A DNA stretch of 64,000 nt from Candidatus Omnitrophota bacterium. GTDB taxonomy: Bacteria; Omnitrophota; Omnitrophia; Omnitrophales; Aquincolibacteriaceae. The position numbers and the translations under genes were made by a program. Positions 40,901 to 48,765 of this stretch are shown piece by piece. The notes under the pieces are model-generated. The model was not told the DNA's origin, searched no databases, and saw only the letters and a list, made by a program, of their open reading frames with translations. The stretch spans positions 10,352 through 74,351 of the forward strand of contig JAYTHE010000003.1 of assembly GCA_043732705.1 (NCBI GenBank), read 5' to 3'. The first letter of the stretch is position 1, and each line of letters starts with the position of its first letter.

Positions 40901-43900
40901 ATTACGCATTAATACACTCAGGTCGGAAACATTTTGCTTATGATCCAAACTTGCTCTTAATACCATTTTTTCAAAACTCCATTCATCCTCCGCAGGCGCC
41001 ACAACGCGAAACCCTAGTTTTTTAAAAACCCTGGCAATCAATTTCATGCGCAAATGATTACCCACTTTCGCACCCCCTTCAAAATAAACAAACTCTGAAT
41101 TACCTCCCATCTCGAGCGGAACTAAATTGGCATAAGCTTGCATTCGATGAACCCCGAGAGTTTTTCGCATCCAAAAATTTGTTCCCTTAAGGAGAATGCT
41201 TAAGTCGTTTGACTGTGTCACGCCGGGACTTTTCAAATTTTTCAATATCGCTTCCGGTAAAATCTTTGTCGCTAATGAAGGTTCGCCGGTGGCAACATGA
41301 TCAAGGTCTAAAAAGCTCCATTTTCCATCATGATTGATTTTGAGAACAGAATGCTCAACATAAGAATGCATCCAATTAATGAATTTATTGAGTGTGTCCA
41401 CTTTGCTTAACCCCTTTTCGGACTCAGCAGCGGTCCAAATACCACGCATACGGTCAAAGAAAACCGTGATGCTGCCGCCTCTTCCGGAGCGGACTAACTG
41501 ATATTGCGCCTCTAAGTCAGTCCATCGCTCCCTGACTCCGACAAGATCGGCTGAAGTCATCCCTTCGAAGCTTAAGAATATTTTCACGAGCATATCAAAG
41601 TTGCGCATAAACTCATCCGCTTCCGCTTGCTTCCAGCGCGAGACCGAAGCAAGCTTGATCAAAACCTCATTATGATATTTACGAAATTGATCCAAGCGAT
41701 CCGCATTATGGGTTAATTTTTGAAATTCGCCCTTGAATTGAATGGGATAATTCGCAGGCAAAATATCTTTAACTTCAATTTCATTATCCTCATGGACATG
41801 CTCAGACCCCAGTACCAAACGCAGCTTTTCCGAGGCTGCGGAATGGATGACAAGCGATATATCAGCAGAAAAATTTGCCAAAACCTTAGGGAAATCACGG
41901 CTTTCCGAACGCATGCTGGCTTTTGGATTTTGCGGCGCCGAGCGCGCTTCGGAACGTGGGGTCGGAGCTGTAGTTTCAAAGAGTGGGTTTGAAAGCTTGC
42001 TCATCTCCACCGTAGTATTTCGCAGCATTTGTTCGAAATGCTGCCGCTTAACATCAGAAGACACATCTTTCGCCAAGCGCGCGGTTAATTGCCGTTCTAA
42101 CTCTTTCGTTGTTTTAAAAAGTGTCCACCGTAGAAATGTTTTTCCATCCGTCAATTTTTCAAAAAGGGGTATTTGCTCGCGCAGCGAGGCTTCCAACTTT
42201 TCCCAGGCAATTTTTTGTTTTTGTTTTTCTTCTATCGCTTCTGTCGGAACAGTCCCGGAAGACAACTCGCCTCCAAGTGCAGCGATTTGAGCAATGGCTT
42301 TTTGGCGCAATTTTTCCAATCCAACCAGAGTAAGATCTTGAATCACATCAGGGTGAGGATCTTTTTTATCAGGAAAACCCCAAAGCTTCAGTCCGGTTAC
42401 ATACCCCTTTTCATCGCGTAAATTATAAGTGAGAATAATTCCAAGATCTTCATAACCGGGCGACATTTCTCCGTCAATATTTAAAATTCCCGAACCAAAT
42501 GAGGGAAAAAGCACAAAAGGCGACATCTGCTTATTAGGAAATTTGCTTTGTTCATTATGTCCCATAATAATAAAACCGTTGGGAGACCGATCCACAAATG
42601 AGCCGGCGGTGTGCCCCATCAACCATCCTATTTGGCCATGATCAGCAAATTTTTTTACCATATCCACTTTGGCATGCAGCAATTTATCGGAGTACCAACT
42701 CGTAATCTCTTCAAAAGCAGGCCCCAAAACATTCCAAAGGGCCCTCCTAAAAGCCATCCGTTCTGACTTACTGCCTGTAATATATTTTTCAATATCTGCA
42801 TCGCTGAGACCTTCAAAGTAGGTGCGAATATCACGTGTCATCAGTTCCAACGCCGCCAACCCTGTTTGCCCTCGGTACTTAACATTAAATTGACCCTGTT
42901 CATCAATCGGGATCATGTTATGTAAATGCAAATTGTTATAAATATCCAGATAGAAAAGACGGAAATTCCGAAGCTGATTGATCGCGCTATAAACAATCTC
43001 ACGGTCGGTGTCATAGTTCCCCAAGGTCAGCGGGGTAAAATTCTCAAAGCCGGGAAGATCGGCATATGTTTCGCGCAAAGTAACAATTTGTCGTTGATAG
43101 GCATCCATTTTTCCGCGAATCATTTTCGAAGTTTCTTCAAAAATATTTATATTGGGTAAATATGCCGGCTTAGGAATAGGATTGGGCGCACGCTTAGCAA
43201 GCAAAGCGGCTTCTTTTTCAGCGGCCATGGCGCCTTGCCATTTTTGGCGCAATTTTGAATTATGCGCCTTGATTCGTTTTAACTCCGGTTTTAAATCTTG
43301 CCGCACTTTAGCTAAGTCAATAAATTCAAAGCTTTCTGCCGCGCCAAAAGTCCTTAGCCGCTGATTAATATCTTTAACTATTTTATTAAAACGCCTTTGA
43401 TTCAATTGATCCAACTCAACGTCTCCCCAGTCAGCATGGTGGAAGGCTTCACGCAGCCAAAACCCAACATGATGTCCTGTGTGTTCCTCGGAATATAAAT
43501 CAATATCCGGGAATAATTTATGGATGCCAAGCGCACTCAACGCACGGTACTCATCATGATTGCCAAGCAAAAATCTTGCGATTGAGGTATGCACCATTTC
43601 GTCGATCAGCTCAATCGATCCCACAGGATCAGGGCCACGATCAGGCGCATCGCTAAAACCAATAATTCGCCCGAGAAATTTTTCGAGCGATAATCCTTTT
43701 TCATCCAGCTGTTCTTTTAAATCATTCAATATGTGGATGCGGGCGTAGCTATCCGCCGGGAGCCCATAAACAAAAGCAAGCAAGGCTAACGCCCGCCTTG
43801 TGCCTCCATGCAAATCCTGCATCGCGGCAACAACTGGAATATTTCCGCGACCGGGCTTGCCATCTTTTTCTAAGCCATCCAGCTCTTTTGTAATTTCATC

Positions 43901-46900
43901 CGCTAATCCCCGCAGTTCAAGAATGTTTTTTTCTGTGGGGTCCAAATCAAAAATCAGGTCGCCGGCTGTTCGAATAAATTGATTATGAAGAATCGTATAA
44001 CGATGCTCTAAGTCGGCCATTTTTGAACTGATTTTCTGGAAAAAGGCGGGCGATAAAGGCTCATGAGAAGCTCGTTCCTCCGGGCTAAGCGCGTCTATCC
44101 AACCATCGATGAATTGCACTACCGGCCCGGCAATATCTTGAAATACCACACGTACATATTTTGCACGCTCCTCGATTGAGACTTGCTCCAAACCGTATTG
44201 GTGATAAATCTTTCTCGCTTGAATTTCCCGCCGGGTTTGAAAAGGGTCTGTAGTGTCTTCCTTCAATGAGTCCGCGCCATGCTCACGATTCCACGATTGA
44301 ATCTCCGCGATCGCGTCATCGACACGTAATTCGGAACGCTTGGTGGCTTCAATGATGAAATGGTCGCCCGCGCCCGTAAGGGTGACATGCTCATTTTCCA
44401 GACGTTTTTTCACATCCTCGAGCAATTCCAATTCTTGCCCGGGATTTAAATTCTTTGTTGAAACGGTTGTAATTCGATTTTCTGATCGCGAGGGAATGGC
44501 TTTTTCGTTTCGAACTTCCGCGCGAAAAGACCGCGCTTCTTCCGGATTGATAAATCCTTTGGGGATTAGCCGTCGTGAGCGCACATCAAATTCATAATTG
44601 CGCAGCTTTGGCTGAACCTTGCTTTCTCTGTATTCATAAGCCGCAACCACCTGTTTCAAAGCATCTGAGATTTGCAACCCCGGAAGCAAGCCTTCCTCCG
44701 CCAATCTTAAAACAACCGACAGATTGTAATATCCCTTCAAATTGAACCAAACAGGTTGCCCTTTTTGGTCCGTAATGCCTTGCACAGTAATCCGTTTTGG
44801 TTTTTTTGGATTATCGAATTGAATAGCAATGGCGGCTCCGTTTTGTATGCTCGAATCAACTATTAACGTCGGAATCGCTTTTAATCTTGCATTGGCTTGT
44901 CTTGAGCGAGACCAGCGGTGACCGTCGTAATACTCGACTTTAAGCGGCGAGGCAGAACGAAATTTAAAACCGGCATCATCATGATTCACTTCGACTGTCT
45001 CGTCCTCTCCATAATTTGCTGTCACTTTTTTGTCAACCTGCTCATCAAAAGCTCGAAATTCTCCCGAAGCCTCTGCAAGACGCAGCTGATAGCCTTTCCG
45101 CAAAGGCTTTCCTGCTTCATCTGTTATTTTAATTCGAATTTTTTCGCCTTCTTTTTCAGTTTTTAAATATGTATCAAAATATTCCAAAATAAAATAAAGC
45201 TCGGGATTTTTCTTGTAACGCAGCATCACCCAGCGCGGCTGAGTTGCACGATCAACTATCATTTCAAAATCTTGCGGATGCTTCATGTAATATCCGGGTA
45301 AATAAAGCCTTCCCAAAAACTGAACATATCCATCACGTTTGGAATCTGATATTTTTCTAATTAATTTACGGTTCACTCGGCTCAGCGCGTCTAAATGCTC
45401 TTTTATTTTTTGGTGACGGCCAATCCCAGCGGCAAGAGGAATTCCAAAAAGGTCATCATAAAATGCTCGGAAGGCCGGCTGAAAATAAAGTGGCGTGTTT
45501 TGCTTCATTTTCCCATCTGGATTATAAATGTTCATTTTGCTTACGATCGCAGGCAAGTCTTTTGGTTTATAACGAAAATAAAACAAATTCTTTTTTTGAT
45601 CGATGTTGATTGAAAAAAATTTCGTCGGGTCATCCAGGCTCACCAGACGAACTTCTGTCTGACTGGAAATGGTCTCATTTCGAGCGCCTAATTCGAGTCG
45701 CAGTTTAGCGTGTAGGGCGCGCGGCAAAACAAAATGCGCTTTTTGTAGCAATGTAATTTCTCGAGAAATCACATTGTTTTTTGCTATGCCACGCGTTTCG
45801 GAGCGGGCCGACGATGGAAGGTCCTCGGCATAGTGGATTGCAGTACGCGGCAAATACACTTCGCCGGATGTAAACTCAGCCTTCACGGCAAACGTGGTGC
45901 CGCCAACCGAGGGCAGAAGAACATAAACATCATCGCCTGCCAAAATAAATTTATCGAGATCGAGCGTGCCCCCAATTTCAAAAAACCTTCCGTTGCTTAC
46001 CCTTACGCTTCCCAAATCACTCCTCTTTTTTTTCCGCCCCGCAACAACACGAACAGGGTCATTCTCCGTCAAAAGCTTTAAATCCTTTAAGCTAACGCCT
46101 CGGGACAAAGCCATGGCAATAATGTCACGCAAGCGCACGGCGCGTACCGAATCAGAAACTTGAAAACGCAATGCCGGCATCTTGTTCAGTTCTGTTTTTT
46201 CTAATGAACCCGCTTGCCTTGCCTTTAAGTACCGGAAATACGAGTTCCAACTATGGTATGGCCAAACTCCATCTCGTTTTGCTTTCCAAAATTGACGCGG
46301 AAAATAAAAAATAATTGCTGCCGTTAAAACCAACCAGGTAAATATCGCGCTTATGAATCCACTGACCGAGGCGAGCTTTTTATTTAATAATTCCACCCGA
46401 GGCATTCTTGCTATCAACGAAGCGCCAAACCCAGGCGCTTGGGGCTGCCCCGCTTCTTTTAAATCCCGCATTTCAGAGCGAACTTGATTGAGTGGCGCAA
46501 GCTGCGCGTTGTTAAAACGCATACGAAGTTCCGAGCGCCCTTTAAATATTCCGGCACTCGTGGCAAGCGCGGCTGTGACGTGGGAGTCATTGGAAACCAT
46601 CGAGGTCAGTCCACGCTGCTTGGTTCGACTTTGCTCACCACGAGTCGCATCAAGCCTGCCGGCAGGCAGGCTTGGGACAGACCCCTCTCCCAGCAAAGCA
46701 CGGCGGTAATGCGCGCGATCATCCTCGGTGATTTTTGAGATGCGCGGCATCACTTCAACATACGCGTATTGATTTTTTTGCGCAAACTCACGCATACCAT
46801 CGCTGTGAAAACCACCCGTGACAATAACCTCTATACGCCTCTGGCGTGGGCCGTGGCTCGTGGCAAAAGATTCGCTGAAATAATTGTTTAAGTTCTTGGT

Positions 46901-48520
46901 GAATGATCGTTCACGAGCAATCGCACCTTGATAAAACTGAATGGCATTGTCGTAAGTTTTTTCTAAATCAGAAAAAGAACCGCTACGCACACTCCCGGTG
47001 ATAGGCTGAGGCTCAATACCGGAAGTGTTCTGAAAGACCGCTTCTAACTGCTGCACAACCTCAGATGGTTTGAAGCTGTTTTCTGTCGTTGGTCTTCGGT
47101 CGTCAGTCGTTAGTCGTTTTTCTATTTTTTTAAATTCCGAGCGGCTTAGTTCCAAATGAAGCAATTTATGAAGCAGAATATATTTTTCAAGCACCTTGAT
47201 AAGTTTTATACCTTTATCTATTTCCAAATGGTCATTCCCGCGAGGGCGGGAATCTAGCCCTAAATGTTTCTGGATTCCCGCCTTCGCGGGAATGACAGAG
47301 GCCGCTTCTTTCACAATCTGCGCGTGCATTTTCTCGGCTTCTTTTTGCAATTCAACGGCATCCATTTCTCCACTCAAAATAATTTGAGCAATCCATGCTT
47401 TCAGTTCCGGCCACTTATCCATCGAAAAATTGTTTGGCAAATAAACCGCAAGCCGCTCAAAAACTTCGCGGGCGGCAGAAAAATCAGCGGGAGCTTCGGG
47501 GTCAATTCCGCGGGTTTTAGCTTTTTCGATTAGATTGTCGATTTCTATGAGAATCGCCTTAAGCGACGAAGCACCACGCTGCGCCCCCTCGGGGGATGCC
47601 ACGGGCAACCCCCGAGGAGTCTGCGCTTCAAGTCGTCGGTCTCTAGTCTCTGGTCTCTGGTCCAGACTTTTTAAAGTTTCTAAAAAGTCTAGTTTTTGTT
47701 TTTCTATTTTTGAAAAGTCGGCCGCACGCGCCAAATTTTTAAGATGGTAATACCGCACAAGCATCGGAAATTCGATTTGTTCGTGAATATCCGCAAGATC
47801 ACGCTTCCACACAGAATCAGCATATTGTTGAATCGCATTGAACCATTCCGCTGATTCCACCGCGTCAAGGCGGCTCCTAGCATAAGCTTCCAGATATTTT
47901 TTAAGTGAAGGACTGAGAAAATGAATCGCGGCATCTTGCCAGCGCGAAAAGAAAGATCTTAAAAAAGCCCGGCTTTCCGTAAGTGCGGAATCAACTTTGC
48001 GGTATTGCTCGACATTGTCCCAGTAAGCCGCAGCGTCTTCGATTCCATACCCTTTTACATTTTTTGATTTCATTAGAAATGTTTCCGCGCCGGTTAAGTC
48101 GCCATCGCGCATCCACGCATTACGTTCCGTCGCAGTCAGTTTTTTACCCCCGGGGAAAAAATGATGCAGGTCAGGATCGAGCTCTCCCGTCCCGCCTTCT
48201 AAATATATTTCATGAATCCCACCTTGAGATTGCATTTCGCTAAGCATGTTCTGAATATTCTGCTGAGCATCCAAAACAGCGTGCGCATCTTGAATGTGAA
48301 CCAGAGTACCGTGTGAATTTTTCGGAACAACTTTCTCGGTCACCGTACCAAACCGGGCGCTTGGTTTCCATGTTTCAAAAACTGAGACTTCCGGCGATGA
48401 CTCCGCAAAGGAAAGCACCGCTGCTTGCGCTGTGTCCGGAGTTAACACCTGCGTGAGCACATATAGAGGTATCAGCGCGATGGCCCCAAATTTACGGTAT
48501 TTGCGAGGAAGATTAAACAT
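34922..48520 (-). CDS. Giant multidomain protein 3 (~4530 aa): signal peptide, TraB/Tiki-like domain, RSExR-delimited cargo (MoaD-like, FBPase-3-like, PEP-synthase-like), C-terminal domain
   Basis: 13.6 kb ORF. The ATG at 48520 gives MFNLPRKYRKFGAIALIPLYVLTQVLTPDTAQA, a signal peptide. IQDAH, LEG and GGFH motifs; 14 R[SA]ExR linkers. Confidence 0.85.
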   Translation of the reverse strand: MFNLPRKYRKFGAIALIPLYVLTQVLTPDTAQAAVLSFAESSPEVSVFETWKPSARFGTVTEKVVPKNSHGTLVHIQDAHAVLDAQQNIQNMLSEMQSQGGIHEIYLEGGTGELDPDLHHFFPGGKKLTATERNAWMRDGDLTGAETFLMKSKNVKGYGIEDAAAYWDNVEQYRKVDSALTESRAFLRSFFSRWQDAAIHFLSPSLKKYLEAYARSRLDAVESAEWFNAIQQYADSVWKRDLADIHEQIEFPMLVRYYHLKNLARAADFSKIEKQKLDFLETLKSLDQRPETRDRRLEAQTPRGLPVASPEGAQRGASSLKAILIEIDNLIEKAKTRGIDPEAPADFSAAREVFERLAVYLPNNFSMDKWPELKAWIAQIILSGEMDAVELQKEAEKMHAQIVKEAASVIPAKAGIQKHLGLDSRPRGNDHLEIDKGIKLIKVLEKYILLHKLLHLELSRSEFKKIEKRLTTDDRRPTTENSFKPSEVVQQLEAVFQNTSGIEPQPITGSVRSGSFSDLEKTYDNAIQFYQGAIARERSFTKNLNNYFSESFATSHGPRQRRIEVIVTGGFHSDGMREFAQKNQYAYVEVMPRISKITEDDRAHYRRALLGEGSVPSLPAGRLDATRGEQSRTKQRGLTSMVSNDSHVTAALATSAGIFKGRSELRMRFNNAQLAPLNQVRSEMRDLKEAGQPQAPGFGASLIARMPRVELLNKKLASVSGFISAIFTWLVLTAAIIFYFPRQFWKAKRDGVWPYHSWNSYFRYLKARQAGSLEKTELNKMPALRFQVSDSVRAVRLRDIIAMALSRGVSLKDLKLLTENDPVRVVAGRKKKRSDLGSVRVSNGRFFEIGGTLDLDKFILAGDDVYVLLPSVGGTTFAVKAEFTSGEVYLPRTAIHYAEDLPSSARSETRGIAKNNVISREITLLQKAHFVLPRALHAKLRLELGARNETISSQTEVRLVSLDDPTKFFSINIDQKKNLFYFRYKPKDLPAIVSKMNIYNPDGKMKQNTPLYFQPAFRAFYDDLFGIPLAAGIGRHQKIKEHLDALSRVNRKLIRKISDSKRDGYVQFLGRLYLPGYYMKHPQDFEMIVDRATQPRWVMLRYKKNPELYFILEYFDTYLKTEKEGEKIRIKITDEAGKPLRKGYQLRLAEASGEFRAFDEQVDKKVTANYGEDETVEVNHDDAGFKFRSASPLKVEYYDGHRWSRSRQANARLKAIPTLIVDSSIQNGAAIAIQFDNPKKPKRITVQGITDQKGQPVWFNLKGYYNLSVVLRLAEEGLLPGLQISDALKQVVAAYEYRESKVQPKLRNYEFDVRSRRLIPKGFINPEEARSFRAEVRNEKAIPSRSENRITTVSTKNLNPGQELELLEDVKKRLENEHVTLTGAGDHFIIEATKRSELRVDDAIAEIQSWNREHGADSLKEDTTDPFQTRREIQARKIYHQYGLEQVSIEERAKYVRVVFQDIAGPVVQFIDGWIDALSPEERASHEPLSPAFFQKISSKMADLEHRYTILHNQFIRTAGDLIFDLDPTEKNILELRGLADEITKELDGLEKDGKPGRGNIPVVAAMQDLHGGTRRALALLAFVYGLPADSYARIHILNDLKEQLDEKGLSLEKFLGRIIGFSDAPDRGPDPVGSIELIDEMVHTSIARFLLGNHDEYRALSALGIHKLFPDIDLYSEEHTGHHVGFWLREAFHHADWGDVELDQLNQRRFNKIVKDINQRLRTFGAAESFEFIDLAKVRQDLKPELKRIKAHNSKLRQKWQGAMAAEKEAALLAKRAPNPIPKPAYLPNINIFEETSKMIRGKMDAYQRQIVTLRETYADLPGFENFTPLTLGNYDTDREIVYSAINQLRNFRLFYLDIYNNLHLHNMIPIDEQGQFNVKYRGQTGLAALELMTRDIRTYFEGLSDADIEKYITGSKSERMAFRRALWNVLGPAFEEITSWYSDKLLHAKVDMVKKFADHGQIGWLMGHTAGSFVDRSPNGFIIMGHNEQSKFPNKQMSPFVLFPSFGSGILNIDGEMSPGYEDLGIILTYNLRDEKGYVTGLKLWGFPDKKDPHPDVIQDLTLVGLEKLRQKAIAQIAALGGELSSGTVPTEAIEEKQKQKIAWEKLEASLREQIPLFEKLTDGKTFLRWTLFKTTKELERQLTARLAKDVSSDVKRQHFEQMLRNTTVEMSKLSNPLFETTAPTPRSEARSAPQNPKASMRSESRDFPKVLANFSADISLVIHSAASEKLRLVLGSEHVHEDNEIEVKDILPANYPIQFKGEFQKLTHNADRLDQFRKYHNEVLIKLASVSRWKQAEADEFMRNFDMLVKIFLSFEGMTSADLVGVRERWTDLEAQYQLVRSGRGGSITVFFDRMRGIWTAAESEKGLSKVDTLNKFINWMHSYVEHSVLKINHDGKWSFLDLDHVATGEPSLATKILPEAILKNLKSPGVTQSNDLSILLKGTNFWMRKTLGVHRMQAYANLVPLEMGGNSEFVYFEGGAKVGNHLRMKLIARVFKKLGFRVVAPAEDEWSFEKMVLRASLDHKQNVSDLSVLMRNTKIAMDMLLRIVNTDQALRDLAESYSKDELDQIIEAWSQKIILTAGKVTPIDIPMNYTKSSAGEDDTAAVPQKIVVSKGKFWESPEPYDDAQNVEFRENGKKIHSALQSTLAALGLEAMPEYDSAVFGQIFIETFFNSVVSRTVNAGRIIQGAHGYEINPHYIASSPIRNFVETWQDLSKRENLIQMGQMVSNTTFRLKHIGLIGQAMVYSAEVSLITGTIEVVLVRSADKKSLLAGGIWSQGQLLTPDAASILLSRSNIEIHVSKSQPGDYARLADNLEMEFRTPAEGSIYTGEAIQGFGFLPGTATGPIRFSEGAQEGDILYVSTLNEGNINLLRMANGVISEVGNKLDHFNTRAKHFGKPRVQVSHAVLKPSSGGGAALEISGKIVDRAENFQGYPLIQAVTDGENIRIEEGDLVTINGTTGMIHWLGKDPVVLEAYHTISSIEKAATASELEKQIQKLIEIISRAVQAKNILLVKFILRQIIFDGTLLSPAHKRGSLAQLFQSGEGKYFEQLKNLLSPADDELREGIKAYLKTLYRHAKGQILRDFSRAREAVGVVARLDQIYYEIRRLRTEVAAFQAVQSFLGEIVLGEPGIDLNSKQESVFGEIQKTIRHLKAQLEERVSEIIEQNKKHPFNQETYFLLARILERVAAFEKLGIRLEKINQKQVAKLKKDAVQIQKQRRARRDALRKKRLIALSDTGIDYYEITGNKGANLGWLNHFVDWYNGQKKNKSMRLSVALGYAVTAHAFNEFLDQTVMGQGPKAQTLRAYVKSVLADRLLSIKEKSQKIEEAFLAQELPQEMSEEISRVVSGGLWAVRSSTKLEDTPRSSAAGLFATNLGATTPALVEKYLRQTWASLYGEPSLSYLWDADPADFFDLLKDEGAVIQQLISADTSGVISSVEISSDDRGFMVINAGYGLGQAIVDADQDADAIVVDKVTKIPQIFPGEKRKKTIVDGKGATMNVETTPEERNTVSLSRAQIAELTDITLALEEWFGYVVQVEFAIKDSVIYLLQIRPIPGFKVPKKERPALAKWAGMIASQEPFKKQRSEARSNQKLEVAESHVGRMSRENFNGESFSHENFNWKSVLGLAAAGLTGLGLALSGAWIPALFISAAAVYFGASFIPPSQGSLTRSGYPVFDSIRGAIDHLKIGFRAASNSPSRSEIRTPAESVKYLYGQWEDLERQNVIIQAKVAYPGVLTNEEGFNQIWKRTSGYGKGVEFSLEHSATDLRQEFQRLSQKGDITPDDLGGLLGKVESHKRRLDVLSAHLMVTDVMTAERRNQSYVIFEAAQAYTNFWKKVITELQQHLKMPADKLYARQGIQAAGFVFELMLGGRMDLAGENERLIEELEAELERVTNDNLPKNTLKILQDLINRRWEFTAFAENPEEMRARHAYLDELKTFAAQTYIMVLSSEQKLSTAQASLAPLLNIMIKIHDYAFAASNDWPTDWNHDRQGLKESLGYVLEQMQKKYRSESRDDTGSLSQRAEIRVQTMLEGSKRIFDESDHWIKTEDLNGNLVDDLIWEAGKIVRVRTRMADGSFIVLDSNGDGVVHSAEIEEGPVFIDWQPGINLNDIQHIPFAEITNEPSPKGSAPSVFRIMALLLMDQKKTSVAYWGNEGAVQAPTDRLFNSLAETMLPQAEVSIDDLSHFVNMQRRGFAQTSGLADYMADELGVLRMKFQIYPRDVKWVPHPFERIFFQTQKGLASIDVRGGKAQRLYYDDEVYLAPQFLFGTLDFHAQRHTIREEDGVFKAYVEDEHVLTVDKTGKVLFERSEMRLEKKVEVKATARSEHRAIEPVVVPKNKIIALKIMAARLFADGILSVKDAVYYLKHHEEFLAVLPLLVSTEQKKQNLAHLTGMLGVDIQVKDGIVLSPALVREGFLAAAKEVFEGVPFALIASGSEKIKAVQWIQTNKLTERIFVAENIREARVWLTRHGVTRIQGMALAGEEALPDFDELIRFTTGQLQKFYDRAGILGEVQHLARIFSVFASAA

Positions 48521-48765
48521 TTTATAGAAGATAACCGACTTACTTTTTTTTTCAAGTGCTACACAAGCAGGAAAGTGAACATTTTTTAAATAGAAAACCA
48601 CAAAGAACGATTTTGATTCTTTGTGCTATTTTTTGATCTAACTTAAATATTGGGAGAATATCTCAAAGAACGCACTATTTTGGTAAAGAAACTTCTGAAG
48701 TCCGATGCAACTAGCGCTGTCATTCTTTGTTGACGCTTCACAAATAATTATCTAATTTGTAAGAC

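Noticed and set aside
47128-47145. SRSEFK in giant 3 as another linker
   Set aside because: It ends in K and aligns with LELSRDEW in giant 1, so it is part of the conserved N-terminal domain.
3119-48243. Dozens of 60-170 aa ORFs overlapping the giant genes
   Set aside because: They are antisense or alternate-frame shadows with no recognisable motifs. Recurring RISER/RISERA peptides are simply the reverse-strand reading of the RSExR codons.
48521-48601. ORF-track start of giant 3 at 48601
   Set aside because: The extra 27 codons are AT-rich and intergenic-looking. The ATG at 48520 gives a signal peptide positioned like those of the paralogues.
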